Assembly: GCA_003141435.1 (NCBI GenBank)
Contig: PLLW01000046.1
Location: 3,577-67,576 of the forward strand
From: Ignavibacteriales bacterium
GTDB lineage: Bacteria; Bacteroidota; Ignavibacteria; Ignavibacteriales; Ignavibacteriaceae
DNA length: 64,000 nt
Reading direction: 5' to 3'
In this document: positions 1 through 9,708 of the stretch, in pieces
How positions within the stretch are numbered: position 1 is the stretch's first letter
Layout of the letters: every line of letters starts with the position of its first letter
The notes under the pieces: model-generated
The model's input: only the letters and a program-made list of their open reading frames with translations
The model's database searches: none
Told to the model about the DNA's origin: nothing
Made by a program: the position numbers and the translations under genes

Positions 1-429
1 ACTGAAATGCCTTTCATTGAAAAACTCAAAAATCTAATGAATTATATTGGCACCCAGTCGATAACTTTGAGAGGACCTCTCGGTCATGATATTCAGAAAA
101 ATTTCCCCCAGCTTTGGGAAGAAATAAATGAATCGAGAAGAACCCATTCCCTCCAAAAGTTTAACCTTTTAATAAATGAAGGGATGGAAAAAGGAATTTT
201 TCGTAAAGATATAGATCAGCAGATAATTGTACTTTTATACATGAATGCTATCCAGGGAATTTTAAACCCCGAGGTTCTTGCTCAGCTTCCTTATACTGCC
301 AACCAGGTATTCGAATCTAGCATACGAGTCTTTATGGAAGGAATTTTTACTGAAGAAGGAAGAAATAAGTATTTATCTATTAAGCATGAAGAAAATATGC
401 TTTCAACTACATCTAATATTAAAAATTAG
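1..429 (+). CDS. TetR/AcrR-family regulator, C-terminal part (5' end cut by the window edge)
   Basis: The reading frame is open to base 1. The helical ligand-domain-like sequence (GIFRKDIDQQIIVLLYMNAIQG) sits directly upstream of a TolC-MFP-RND operon. This is the same order as the complete TetR-led operon at 31659-37848. Confidence 0.5.
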   Translation, partial: TEMPFIEKLKNLMNYIGTQSITLRGPLGHDIQKNFPQLWEEINESRRTHSLQKFNLLINEGMEKGIFRKDIDQQIIVLLYMNAIQGILNPEVLAQLPYTANQVFESSIRVFMEGIFTEEGRNKYLSIKHEENMLSTTSNIKN

Positions 430-440
430 GAGAACTGGTG

Positions 441-1778
441 ATGAATTTCCGAGTTACTAAATTAATCTGGATATTTGTTTTATGGGGACTTATTACAATA
501 AATGGATTGGCGCAGGATGTGAAAAAACTTTCTATCGAAGAAAGTGTCCAAATTGGGCTAGAGAACAGCCATTCGCTTCATTCATCTAAAGAGAAAGTTA
601 AAAATGCCCAGTCAAGGTTGAGTGAATTAAAAACCAATCTGCTTCCATCATTAAAATTCAGTGGCATTTATACAAGATTAAGCCCTATCGAACCTTTTAT
701 TTTATCCGTTCCCACTCTTGGGACTTTCGATTTAACATCCAACATAGTTAATAATTATAGTGCAAAGCTTACGCTCCAGCAGCCGCTGTTTACAGGTTTT
801 AAACTCCTTAGCAGTGTTGATATGGCTGATTATAATGCCCAGGCTCAGAAACAGGATTATACTAAAGATGAACATGACCTTATTTACAACATTAAAAATG
901 CTTACTGGATCTTATATAAATCTAACCGGTTAAAAACGGTAGTCGATGAAAATGTTAACCAGATAAAAGCACACCTTGAGGATGTAAATAATATGTTCAA
1001 TCAGGGTTTGGCAACAAAAAATGATGTCCTTAAAGTGGAGGTCCAGCTTGGTGATGTTCAGATAAAACAGATTGATGCAAATAATAATGTCCGCCTCAGC
1101 ATGATCAGCCTCGATAATGTAATGGGGCTTCCTCTGTCAACTCAAATTGAACCGGTTGAAAAGATAAATTCCAAAATTGAAACTCTTAATACTTTAGACA
1201 TTTATTTGGATAAGGCATATCAATACAGACCTGAACTTTTAGGAATGGATTTCAGGATTAAAGCCGGCGAGAGCGGTGTCACTCTTGCAAAATCAGGATG
1301 GTGGCCCCAGCTTTTTTTAGTAGGTGATTATCTGTCTGCCAGACCTAATCAGAGAATATTCCCAACTACTGATAACTTTACTGATACCTGGGATGTTTCT
1401 CTTTCTGTTTCCTGGGATCTTTGGAACTGGGGCGTTACCGGACATCAGACTGATCAGGCTCAAACGCAGGTCGAACAGGCAAAAGATTCTTATAAAATTG
1501 CAAAAGACAACATCACTCTTGAAGTAACTCAAACGTACCTGAATATTTTGCAGTCAAAAGAAAAAATGATAGTTGCCGATAACAATGTTACTCAGGCTGA
1601 AGAAAATTATAGGGTTACCGATGAGAAATTTAAAAATGGTCTTACGCTTAATTCAGAACTTCTCGATGCCGAGGTTGCTTTGCTTACTGCAAAAACAAAT
1701 TTCGTCCAGTCGCAGGTTGATTACGAATTAGCCAAAGCCCAGCTTGAGAAGTCTTCCGGCGAATCATCATTAAAATAA
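441..1778 (+). CDS. TolC-family outer membrane efflux protein
   Basis: Signal peptide, about 445 aa, two-repeat coiled/beta architecture typical of OEP/TolC. AGGAGA lies 7 nt upstream of the ATG at 441 (a GTG at 438 is also possible). First gene of a TolC-MFP-RND triad. Confidence 0.85.
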   Translation: MNFRVTKLIWIFVLWGLITINGLAQDVKKLSIEESVQIGLENSHSLHSSKEKVKNAQSRLSELKTNLLPSLKFSGIYTRLSPIEPFILSVPTLGTFDLTSNIVNNYSAKLTLQQPLFTGFKLLSSVDMADYNAQAQKQDYTKDEHDLIYNIKNAYWILYKSNRLKTVVDENVNQIKAHLEDVNNMFNQGLATKNDVLKVEVQLGDVQIKQIDANNNVRLSMISLDNVMGLPLSTQIEPVEKINSKIETLNTLDIYLDKAYQYRPELLGMDFRIKAGESGVTLAKSGWWPQLFLVGDYLSARPNQRIFPTTDNFTDTWDVSLSVSWDLWNWGVTGHQTDQAQTQVEQAKDSYKIAKDNITLEVTQTYLNILQSKEKMIVADNNVTQAEENYRVTDEKFKNGLTLNSELLDAEVALLTAKTNFVQSQVDYELAKAQLEKSSGESSLK

Positions 1779-1801
1779 GAAATTAAATATTAGAGGTTAA
1801 A

Positions 1802-2851
1802 GTGAAACGATTAAAAATTATTATCATACTCGTTGTTGCAATTAGTGTTATAGTAGGCCTTCTACTTCATAACAAATCATTAATGGCGGCAAAATCAAAG
1901 AACGAGCAAATAGAAGCTTACCCGGTTACTGTAGCGTTAGTTCAAAATGAAAAAGTAACCAATAATCTTGAGCTTGTTGGAACAATAACTGCAAATAATG
2001 ATGTTGCCATTGTTTCAGAAGCACAGGGCAGGGTAGTAAAAGTCCTGGCTCAGGTAGGGGATTATAAACCCGCCGGTTCTGTATTATTCCAGCTTGATGA
2101 TGAGCTTAAACTTGAAGCCAATAAAACAGCTGAAGTAAATTATCTTAAGGCAAAAAAGGATTATGAGAGATATGATGCCCTCTATAAAGGTAAATCTGTA
2201 ACTGATGCACAATACGAACAGGCAAAGCTTGCATATCAGGCGTCTGAATCTCAATATGTTTTGGCAAAAAGAGAATATAATGATACTAAAATAACTACGC
2301 CCATCTCCGGAATCGTCACGGCCCGTATTGTTGATCTGGGTAATTATGTCAATAAAGCCTCTGTCGTGGCCAATGTTGTCGATATATCTAAGCTAAAAGT
2401 AAAACTCAATGTTGCCGAAAAGGATGCTTTCAAACTTAGAACCGGTGATGATGTCGATGTAACAACTGATGTTTATCCGGGAGTCGTGTTAAATGGTAAA
2501 ATATCTTCCATTAGCTCAAAAGCTGATGAAGCACATACATACCCTGTTGAAATAATTTTGGCTAACTCAAAGGACCATCCTCTTAAATCAGGAATGTTCG
2601 GACGAATTTCATTTACATCATTAAAGAATAATGAACTATTGGTAATGCCCCGCGAAGCATTAATTGGTAGTATCAAAGATGCAAAAGTATTTGTTGTTGA
2701 AGGCAGTATTGCTAAAATGAAAAATGTCCTTATCGGTAATGCTTTCGAAAACTGGCTTGAAATAAAAGGCGGTCTTAACGCAGGCGATAAAATTGTAGTC
2801 AGTGGACAGAATAATTTGCAGGATAATGATAAAATTATAGAAAAGAAATAA
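1802..2851 (+). CDS. RND efflux periplasmic adaptor (MFP/HlyD family)
   Basis: N-terminal TM anchor, coiled-coil hairpin region and a barrel-sandwich motif (ITTPISGIVTARIVDLGNYV). GTG start. Lies between the TolC and RND genes. Confidence 0.85.
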   Translation: MKRLKIIIILVVAISVIVGLLLHNKSLMAAKSKNEQIEAYPVTVALVQNEKVTNNLELVGTITANNDVAIVSEAQGRVVKVLAQVGDYKPAGSVLFQLDDELKLEANKTAEVNYLKAKKDYERYDALYKGKSVTDAQYEQAKLAYQASESQYVLAKREYNDTKITTPISGIVTARIVDLGNYVNKASVVANVVDISKLKVKLNVAEKDAFKLRTGDDVDVTTDVYPGVVLNGKISSISSKADEAHTYPVEIILANSKDHPLKSGMFGRISFTSLKNNELLVMPREALIGSIKDAKVFVVEGSIAKMKNVLIGNAFENWLEIKGGLNAGDKIVVSGQNNLQDNDKIIEKK

Positions 2852-2868
2852 GCAGGAATTTATAAAAA

Positions 2869-5800
2869 ATGACAATAACAGAATTAGCAATTAAGCGCCC
2901 CACAATTATTGTGGTTATATTTTCAGCCCTTATGGTCCTGGGGTTATACAGCTTTACTAAATTGAACTATGAGTTGCTCCCTAAAATATCTCCCCCGGTT
3001 ATTACCATAGCAACTATTTATCCCGGGGCTTCCCCTAATGAGGTTGAAACTTCGGTTACAAAACCAATTGAGGATGCAATTTCCACTCTTGATCAGATCG
3101 ATGCTGTAACCTCTACCTCTTCGGAAGGAATTTCTTTCGTTACCGTGACGTTTGCTCAAGCTGCCGATGTTGATATCGAGCTTCAAAATGCCCAGAGGAG
3201 AGTTAATGCCATTACTTCAGATCTTCCTACGGATGCTAAAACTCCCACTATCTCAAAATTTGCTCTCGATGAAATTCCGGTGCTCAGAATGGGACTCACA
3301 AGTAATCTCCCCTCTCGCGATTTCTATCAGTTTATCAAGGATCGCATTCAGCCAAGATTATCTAAGCTTGCAGGAGTTGGACAAATTACCCTCATTGGCG
3401 GTGATGAAAGAGAAATTAGAGTCAATCTCGATGCGGATAAAATTCAATCGTATGGTCTCTCAATTCTTCAGGTCACCCAGATAATTAAAGCCTCCAATCT
3501 TGATTTTCCTACCGGTAAAATTGAGAACTCAAAAAATCAGTTTATTGTAAGAGTAGCCGGCAAATTTAATTCTGTCGAGGTCCTTAGAAATTTGGTTATT
3601 GCTAAATCAAAGCAGGGAGGCGATATCAAACTTTCCGATTTAGCCGAAGTCCAGGATGGGCAGAAGGATTTTACCAACATAAGCAGGATAAATGGAGTAA
3701 CTTCTGTCGGAATTATAGTAACAAAACAATCCGATGCGAACTCTGTTGAAGTTAGTAAACTTGTCAGAAAGGAAATTTCTAAAATAGAATCCGATTATAA
3801 AGTTCAGAATGTAAAATTCGATATCGCTGAGGATGGTTCTCTATACACTATTGATGCTGCAAATGCTGTTAAGGAAGATCTAATTCTTGCGGTTCTGCTT
3901 GTTGCTGCTGTAATGTTCCTGTTTCTGCATAATATTAGGAATTCTTTCATTGTAATGCTTGCAATTCCGGCTTCCCTAATTTCAACTTTTCTTGTTATGT
4001 ACGCCGCCGGTTATACTCTTAACTTAATGACTCTTTTGGGTCTTTCCCTTGTTGTCGGTATTCTCGTGGATGACTCCATAGTTGTACTTGAAAATATTTA
4101 TCACCATCTGGAAAAAGGGGAGAAGCCCAGGGAAGCCGCATTGAATGGCAGAAACGAAATCGGCTTTGCCGCTCTTGCCATCACTCTTGTCGATGTTGTC
4201 GTTTTTGTGCCCCTTGCTTTAACCGGAGGTCTCGTTGGTAATATACTTCGTGAATTTGCTGTGGTTGTTGTTATATCAACCCTGTTAAGCTTGTTCGTTT
4301 CCTTTACCGTAACTCCGCTTCTTGCTTCAAGATTCAGCCGGCTTGAAGGTCTTACGAATAGGACTATTATCGGCAAATTTGCTATCTGGTTCGAAAAACA
4401 ATTTAAACGTCTTACTGCTAATTATATTAGCATTCTTAAATGGTCTTTAAACAATAGATGGAAAGTTGTTTTAGCAACCATCGTTTTATTCATTGCCTCT
4501 TTAGCCTTGCTTCCTGCCGGATTCATAGGATTTGAATTTATGACCCAGACCGACCGCGGTGAATTCGCTGTAATTTTAGAACTCCCTTCCGGCTCCTCTC
4601 TTGAGAATACTAACTATATAACTCAAACTGTTGAAAAGAAAATCAGCTCCATGCCTGAAGTCAGAAAAGTATTTGTCAATGTCGGTGCTTCAAATGAAGG
4701 CCTTGTTGGGCAGTCCTCCAACAATATTTCTGAGCTTAATGTAACCTTAAGTTCTAAAAATGAAAGGAAAAGATCTACTGATGACATTGGTGAGGATATT
4801 AAAGAATTCGTTCAGCAGATTCCCGGGGTTAAAGTTCATGTAAATCCTATAGGAATATTCGGAACTGCAAATCAATCCCCAATTCAGATCGTAGTTAGTG
4901 GTCCCAGTCGTGACGATGTAATGAAGAGCGCTAATATAATTCAGGGGTTTGTAAAAAATATTCCGGGTACATCCGATGTTCGTTTATCCTCTGAAGATGG
5001 CAAACCCGAAACCCGCGTTGAAATTGACCGGGAAAAACTCGCTTCTTTCGGTTTATCCATTGCGGATATAGGCACTGCTTTAAGAGTTGCCCTCACAGGT
5101 GATGATGATTCCAAATACAGGGACGGGAATAATGAATACAATATCAGAATTGTTCTCGATAAATTTGACCGTTCAAATATTGGCGATCTTGGAAAACTTA
5201 CCTTTACAAATAACAAGGGACAGTCCGTTCAGCTTCAGCAATTCGCTAGTATTTTCCAGAGCAATGGTCCTACAAAACTCCAGCGCAGGGATAAAATAAA
5301 TGCTGTCATTGTCTCTTCGCAGGTTATCGGAAGACCTAGCGGTAGTATCGGTAACGATATTAAAAGTCATATGGCAAAAACAAAACTTCCTTCCGGAGTT
5401 CAGATTTCTTATGACGGTGATTTGAAAAACCAGTCGGATTCCTTCGGAAGTCTTGGTATTGCTATGTTCGCTGCTATTCTTTTTGTATACATGGTAATGG
5501 TTGCCCTTTACGATTCGTATCTCTATCCGTTTGTGGTTCTGTTCTCAATTCCCGTAGCTATGGTTGGTGCACTCCTTGCGCTTGCTTTAACTATGAAAGC
5601 ATTAAGCATATTCTCCATTCTTGGTATAATCATGCTCATTGGACTGGTCGGTAAAAATGCCATTCTCCTTGTTGATAGAACGAATGCTATGAAATTTACA
5701 GGCATGAGTAATTTCGATGCTTTGATTGAGGCAGGAAATGCCAGGATAAGACCGATTGTTATGACAACCGTTTCAATGATTATCGGTATGTCTCCTATTG

Positions 5801-6024
5801 CATTATCCTCCAGCTCCGGTTCTGAATGGAAATCAGGGCTTGCCTGGGCGCTTATCGGTGGACTTACAAGTTCTATGTTCCTTACCCTTATACTTGTTCC
5901 GGTAGTATATATGCAATTTGAATTATGGAAGGAGTCCATACCGGCATTCTTCAGAAAACTATTCCGGATAAAAGTTAAGGAAATTATCGAAGTTCCTGCT
6001 GAAGGTATACCGCAGGAAGATTAG
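2869..6024 (+). CDS. RND (AcrB/HAE1-type) efflux transporter
   Basis: 1051 aa with 12-TM/two-large-loop architecture. Conserved GILVDDSIVVLENI and AILLVD motifs. Confidence 0.95.
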   Translation: MTITELAIKRPTIIVVIFSALMVLGLYSFTKLNYELLPKISPPVITIATIYPGASPNEVETSVTKPIEDAISTLDQIDAVTSTSSEGISFVTVTFAQAADVDIELQNAQRRVNAITSDLPTDAKTPTISKFALDEIPVLRMGLTSNLPSRDFYQFIKDRIQPRLSKLAGVGQITLIGGDEREIRVNLDADKIQSYGLSILQVTQIIKASNLDFPTGKIENSKNQFIVRVAGKFNSVEVLRNLVIAKSKQGGDIKLSDLAEVQDGQKDFTNISRINGVTSVGIIVTKQSDANSVEVSKLVRKEISKIESDYKVQNVKFDIAEDGSLYTIDAANAVKEDLILAVLLVAAVMFLFLHNIRNSFIVMLAIPASLISTFLVMYAAGYTLNLMTLLGLSLVVGILVDDSIVVLENIYHHLEKGEKPREAALNGRNEIGFAALAITLVDVVVFVPLALTGGLVGNILREFAVVVVISTLLSLFVSFTVTPLLASRFSRLEGLTNRTIIGKFAIWFEKQFKRLTANYISILKWSLNNRWKVVLATIVLFIASLALLPAGFIGFEFMTQTDRGEFAVILELPSGSSLENTNYITQTVEKKISSMPEVRKVFVNVGASNEGLVGQSSNNISELNVTLSSKNERKRSTDDIGEDIKEFVQQIPGVKVHVNPIGIFGTANQSPIQIVVSGPSRDDVMKSANIIQGFVKNIPGTSDVRLSSEDGKPETRVEIDREKLASFGLSIADIGTALRVALTGDDDSKYRDGNNEYNIRIVLDKFDRSNIGDLGKLTFTNNKGQSVQLQQFASIFQSNGPTKLQRRDKINAVIVSSQVIGRPSGSIGNDIKSHMAKTKLPSGVQISYDGDLKNQSDSFGSLGIAMFAAILFVYMVMVALYDSYLYPFVVLFSIPVAMVGALLALALTMKALSIFSILGIIMLIGLVGKNAILLVDRTNAMKFTGMSNFDALIEAGNARIRPIVMTTVSMIIGMSPIALSSSSGSEWKSGLAWALIGGLTSSMFLTLILVPVVYMQFELWKESIPAFFRKLFRIKVKEIIEVPAEGIPQED

Positions 6025-6040
6025 CAATTTAATAATTCAA

Positions 6041-6073
6041 AAATCAGCCCGTGATAAATATCGCGGACTGATT
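6041..6073. terminator. Hairpin between convergent genes (probable bidirectional terminator)
   Basis: aaatcagcccgtg / cgcggactgattt form a 13-bp stem with one mismatch. It lies between the RND stop (6024) and the stop of the minus-strand gene (6095). Confidence 0.45.
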
Positions 6074-6094
6074 TAACTTAATCACTTTTTCAAT

Positions 6095-6475
6095 TTAGTT
6101 ATTACATATGTGTCCATTCTCATTATGGTTTTCATGTTGCTGACAACTGATACCGTTATCAATAATACTTCCTGCTACATATTGTTTTACTATCTCGGTT
6201 GGATTTCCTGAACAGCCGCGAACAACGTCAATTCCGGAATTATTTAAAACATTAATAGCTCCTCCTCCAATACCGCCTGCTAGCATTATTGTCACTCCGT
6301 TTTCAGCTAACACGCTTGCAATATTTGATTTGCAGCCGCATCCTTGTTCGGATTCGATAGTTTGTACATCGGTTATTTCACCTTTTTCTGAAACTGTAAA
6401 AACATTGTAAAACTCACAATGACCAAAATGGTCATCAATCTTATTTTCTTTTGTAACTGGGACACATATTTTCAT
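6095..6475 (-). CDS. NifB/NifX-like (dinitrogenase FeMo-cofactor biosynthesis domain) protein
   Basis: MKICVPV...DDHFGHCEFY N-terminus and a GGIGGGA loop are typical of the small NifX/NifB-C family. About 125 aa. Confidence 0.7.
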   Translation of the reverse strand: MKICVPVTKENKIDDHFGHCEFYNVFTVSEKGEITDVQTIESEQGCGCKSNIASVLAENGVTIMLAGGIGGGAINVLNNSGIDVVRGCSGNPTEIVKQYVAGSIIDNGISCQQHENHNENGHICNN

Positions 6476-6504
6476 TTTCTCTGACTCCTTTTTGAAATTT
6501 ATTT

Positions 6505-6996
6505 TTATTTAGATTTTATAAATCGTTTGTCTGATCTTTTTGATTCACATTTTTCAATTTTGCCTTCAAACCAACCAATCCTCACATCATGCAAAGCATC
6601 CACTTGTGGTAAGTATGGTTTTATGTCCAGCAACGGTGTTTGGGTAAGCATATCTATTCCCTCAATAGTTAACATAGATCCTTTTAACTCGATGAGTTTA
6701 ACTATAGTAAGACCGATGGCATTAGGCCGAACAGGGGAGCGGGTAGCGAAAATTCCATGTTCAATTGTATCCAGAAATGGTATTACTTGTAATGAATAAT
6801 GATTTACTTGATGAAGATGATAAAGCAGAATAAGATGTGAAAACCCCTCTATATCTTTCAAACCCTCTGCATATTCCGGATATATTTCAATTGTACCTTT
6901 TATACCATTAGCCCCTGCATTTTGAATCGGCATATTTTCTGGGGTTTCAAATGGAGTATGTATTATGCCTATTGGCTTATAATTTATGTTTTCCAA
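6505..6996 (-). CDS. trmO: TrmO/TsaA (YaeB)-family SAM-dependent methyltransferase
   Basis: IGIIHTPF...IEIYPEYAEGLKDIEGFSHLILLYHLH...RSPVRPNAIGLTIVKL...LLDIKPY matches the TsaA-like beta-barrel family signature. Confidence 0.75.
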   Translation of the reverse strand: MENINYKPIGIIHTPFETPENMPIQNAGANGIKGTIEIYPEYAEGLKDIEGFSHLILLYHLHQVNHYSLQVIPFLDTIEHGIFATRSPVRPNAIGLTIVKLIELKGSMLTIEGIDMLTQTPLLDIKPYLPQVDALHDVRIGWFEGKIEKCESKRSDKRFIKSK

Positions 6997-6997
6997 C

Positions 6998-7423
6998 TTA
7001 AACCCTTTCTAACAAATCGGGATTTATTTTAATTAATTCCTTCATACCATACGTTTTACAATCCTTACATTTTGTATGATTTTCTAACCCCTCAATTAAT
7101 TTGAAGCATTTGTTGCATTTATACCATTCTTTTTCAAATTCAACTTTTCCACCTACTATTTCGATTGCTGAACATTCTACAAATGCTTTTGCAATTTTCT
7201 TTATGGCACTATTGTATATTCTAGTTAGTGTTGGACGTGAAATATCCATTTGTTGGGCAGCCAAATCCTGGGACAGGTCTTCATAACCGACCAATTTGAT
7301 ACTTTCAAACTCATCGTATTGTAACTTGACACTCTTAATTTCGCACATAGACATCCCGAAAGGTTTAAATCCTGCCATTTGGGGTGGATTGCAAATTTTA
7401 CGGTTTCTTATTGGTCGTGACAT
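6998..7423 (-). CDS. DUF134 (UPF0251) putative DNA-binding protein with a C-terminal CxxC...CxxC zinc ribbon
   Basis: MSRPIRNRKICNPPQMAGFKPFG is the DUF134 N-terminal signature, followed by a sigma-70 region-4-like HTH (QQMDISRPTLTRIY). The tail carries CNKC...CKDC. Start moved to the ATG at 7423, because the longer ORF-track start adds 25 residues that do not resemble the family. Confidence 0.7.
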   Translation of the reverse strand: MSRPIRNRKICNPPQMAGFKPFGMSMCEIKSVKLQYDEFESIKLVGYEDLSQDLAAQQMDISRPTLTRIYNSAIKKIAKAFVECSAIEIVGGKVEFEKEWYKCNKCFKLIEGLENHTKCKDCKTYGMKELIKINPDLLERV

Positions 7424-7579
7424 ATAATTTATTTGTTTACCAAATATAATGAACGTACGTTCATATAGCAAGGAGAAAATGCTGATATTGTTAATCAATA
7501 TTGGTTGGTAATATTGATTAATTGGTATTTTTATACTATTATATTGGTTGTATGTAAAATTTAATTTAATCTATTTATT

Positions 7580-8254
7580 TTGGCTGAAAATAATAACTCC
7601 GTGGACTTACAAGACAAAAAACCTAGGAAAGTTAACCGACGGGTTAAACCACCTGATCCCAATCAGGAAATAAACGTTGGACGTGAATTAAGAACTTTGT
7701 GTGCTCAACGCGGCTTATCTATGAGGGCATTGGCTGAAAAAAGTGGATTGGCTATAAACACGTTAAGCCTTATTCAAAATGGCAAGACTTCCCCAAGTGT
7801 ATCGACCTTACAGCAGCTAGCATTAGCCCTGGAGGTTCCCATTACTGCATTTTTCAAGAATGATTTTCCCAAAAGCCGGGTGGCATATATTAAAACGGGT
7901 GAGCATCCAGGGGCAGCATTTGCTCATGGAACTCTTGAAGATTTGGGTGGTGGGTTAAGAGATACCTCCATTGAACCGTTTATTGTGAATATGAGACCTA
8001 ATTCCACTAGTGGAACGCATCCGATAGTTCATACTGGGCATGAGTTTGTTTTTTGTCTTGCAGGACGGATTGAATACGTAATTGAAAATCAAACATATCT
8101 GTTAGAGCCAGGTGATAGTTTATTATTTGAGTCGCATCTGCCACATAGCTGGCAAAATGTTGAAGATGTACCCGCCCGGGCAATATTGGTTCTTTGTCCA
8201 TTGGATTATCGCGACAATTCCACTCAACTTCATTTTTCACCAGACGATCTTTAA
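7580..8254 (+). CDS. XRE-family HTH regulator with C-terminal cupin domain
   Basis: HTH_3-like segment (LRTLCAQRGLSMRALAEKSGLAINTLSLIQNGKTSPSVSTL) plus a cupin motif (HTGHEFVFCLAGRIEY...GDSLLFESHLPHSW). TTG start. Confidence 0.8.
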   Translation: MAENNNSVDLQDKKPRKVNRRVKPPDPNQEINVGRELRTLCAQRGLSMRALAEKSGLAINTLSLIQNGKTSPSVSTLQQLALALEVPITAFFKNDFPKSRVAYIKTGEHPGAAFAHGTLEDLGGGLRDTSIEPFIVNMRPNSTSGTHPIVHTGHEFVFCLAGRIEYVIENQTYLLEPGDSLLFESHLPHSWQNVEDVPARAILVLCPLDYRDNSTQLHFSPDDL

Positions 8255-8298
8255 AAACTATAAATGGACAAAGAGATTAAATATTAAGGAGAAAGCAA

Positions 8299-8844
8299 TT
8301 GTACGTACCGACTAAAATTTTTTTTACAAAAGGAGTTGGCAGGCATAAAGATTATCTGAGTTCTTTTGAAGCAGCATTAAGAAATGCCGGCATTGAAATT
8401 TGTAACCTTGTTATGGTTAGCAGCATTTTCCCTCCAGGCTGCAAAATAATAACGAAGCAAGAAGGATTGAAATGGATTCAATCCGGACAAATTACTTTTG
8501 TAGTTATGGCACGGAATGCAACGAACGAACCAAACCGTTTGATCGCTTCATCAGTTGGGGCTGCAATTCCAGCAGATGGAAAACATTATGGATATCTTTC
8601 GGAATATCATCCATTCGGAGTAAAAGAGAAAATTGCAGGAGATTATGCCGAAGATTTGGCTGCTCAAATGCTTGCTACAACTCTTGGAGTAGAATTTGAT
8701 TCTGAAACAGCCTGGAACGAAAGAGAACAAGTATTTAAAATGTCCAGTAAAATTGTAAAGACATTTAATATTACTCAAACAGCTGAAGGTGATAAAAATG
8801 GATTGTGGACAACCGTTTTAGCAGCAGCAATTCTTTTACCTTAA
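8299..8844 (+). CDS. pdaD: Pyruvoyl-dependent arginine decarboxylase
   Basis: The N-terminus [30 protein letters not shown] and the self-cleavage Ser-Ser (VMVSSIFPP) are typical of PdaD. TTG start 6 nt after AAGGAGA. Confidence 0.85.
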   Translation: MYVPTKIFFTKGVGRHKDYLSSFEAALRNAGIEICNLVMVSSIFPPGCKIITKQEGLKWIQSGQITFVVMARNATNEPNRLIASSVGAAIPADGKHYGYLSEYHPFGVKEKIAGDYAEDLAAQMLATTLGVEFDSETAWNEREQVFKMSSKIVKTFNITQTAEGDKNGLWTTVLAAAILLP

Positions 8845-8896
8845 GATTTTTATAGAACCAGACGTCGGAAAGTTATTAATTGCTTTGAGAAAAGAA

Positions 8897-9325
8897 ATGA
8901 ATAATGATAAGGTAGCACAAATAGATAAAACTAAACCCTTGTTTATTGAAATCTCCTTGAATGTAAATACTTATGATATCGATGTGGCGGGTCATGTAAA
9001 TAATATAGTTTACATGCGTTGGCTTGAAGATATGCGAAGTTTATTATTCTCGAAAATATACTCTTTGAAAAAACTTCTAGAGATCAATCACTATCTTGTT
9101 GTCGTTTCAAGCGAAGTTAAATATAGAAAACAAATCAAACTCTTTGATAAACCAATTGGGAAAATGTTGTTACTTAGCTATTCTCATGGTGTACTTTTAT
9201 TTAAAACCGAGATTACCATTGATAATTATATTGCTTTTAATGCAACACAAAAATGCGTTTTAATGAATTTGAAGAATAATCAAATGTTAAAAGGGGACAT
9301 AAATGATTTTGCTAGGTATCTCTAA
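8897..9325 (+). CDS. Hotdog-fold acyl-CoA thioesterase (4HBT/YbgC-like)
   Basis: YDIDVAGHVNNIVYMRWLED is the canonical 4HBT active-site region. About 140 aa. The ATG at 8897 is preferred over the TTG at 8885. Confidence 0.7.
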   Translation: MNNDKVAQIDKTKPLFIEISLNVNTYDIDVAGHVNNIVYMRWLEDMRSLLFSKIYSLKKLLEINHYLVVVSSEVKYRKQIKLFDKPIGKMLLLSYSHGVLLFKTEITIDNYIAFNATQKCVLMNLKNNQMLKGDINDFARYL

Positions 9326-9587
9326 AAATAATGGAAAGTATCGTATTGCAGGAAACTTTTTCAATACAGCTGCTCGTGTTTATTTCGTTCTGATTGATTC
9401 CCCCGACAGTACACGATACTGTTCTAAGTCTGATTTCCTCAGCTTTGAATAATTTCTTAAGAAATTTCGCTTCTTTTTCCATTCCATAACAATATGCCAG
9501 TCCTACTTTTTTATAGTCCATGCTTTTTATAAATGCAATAGTTTCTTGCAGTCTTGATAAAGTTCCTGCTTTACCATTATCAACCAA
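9312..9587 (-). pseudogene. Fragment resembling the central part of a DUF1847 metal-binding protein
   Basis: KKVGLAYCYGMEKEAKFLKKLFKAEEIRLRTVSCTVGGI resembles DUF1847. There is no ATG; the frame is open upstream to a stop near 9640 without a normal start. The expected Cys-rich N-terminal part is absent. The 3' end runs into the thioesterase gene. Confidence 0.35.
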
Positions 9588-9708
9588 AGACGCTGCTGCT
9601 TGAAGAATTTTAAATAAGGATTCATGAATGTGAATAAGTATAAATTATTCTTTTATTATTTATATGATCTCTTTAACTTTGCACCTTTATATTTATATCT
9701 AAAAATTC

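Noticed and set aside
4101-5939. Several 65-138 aa ORFs antisense to or out of frame within the first RND gene (for example 4101-4376, 4941-5216, 5523-5939)
   Set aside because: They are fully embedded in a long, strongly conserved transporter gene. They have low-complexity or hydrophobic mirror composition and no start context. These are typical shadow ORFs.
7424-7498. Longer N-terminal extensions offered by the ORF track (also 17774-17809, 44594-44653, 39975-40037)
   Set aside because: The extra residues precede conserved family N-termini that begin at internal ATG codons. The extensions are hydrophobic or low-complexity and probably untranslated.
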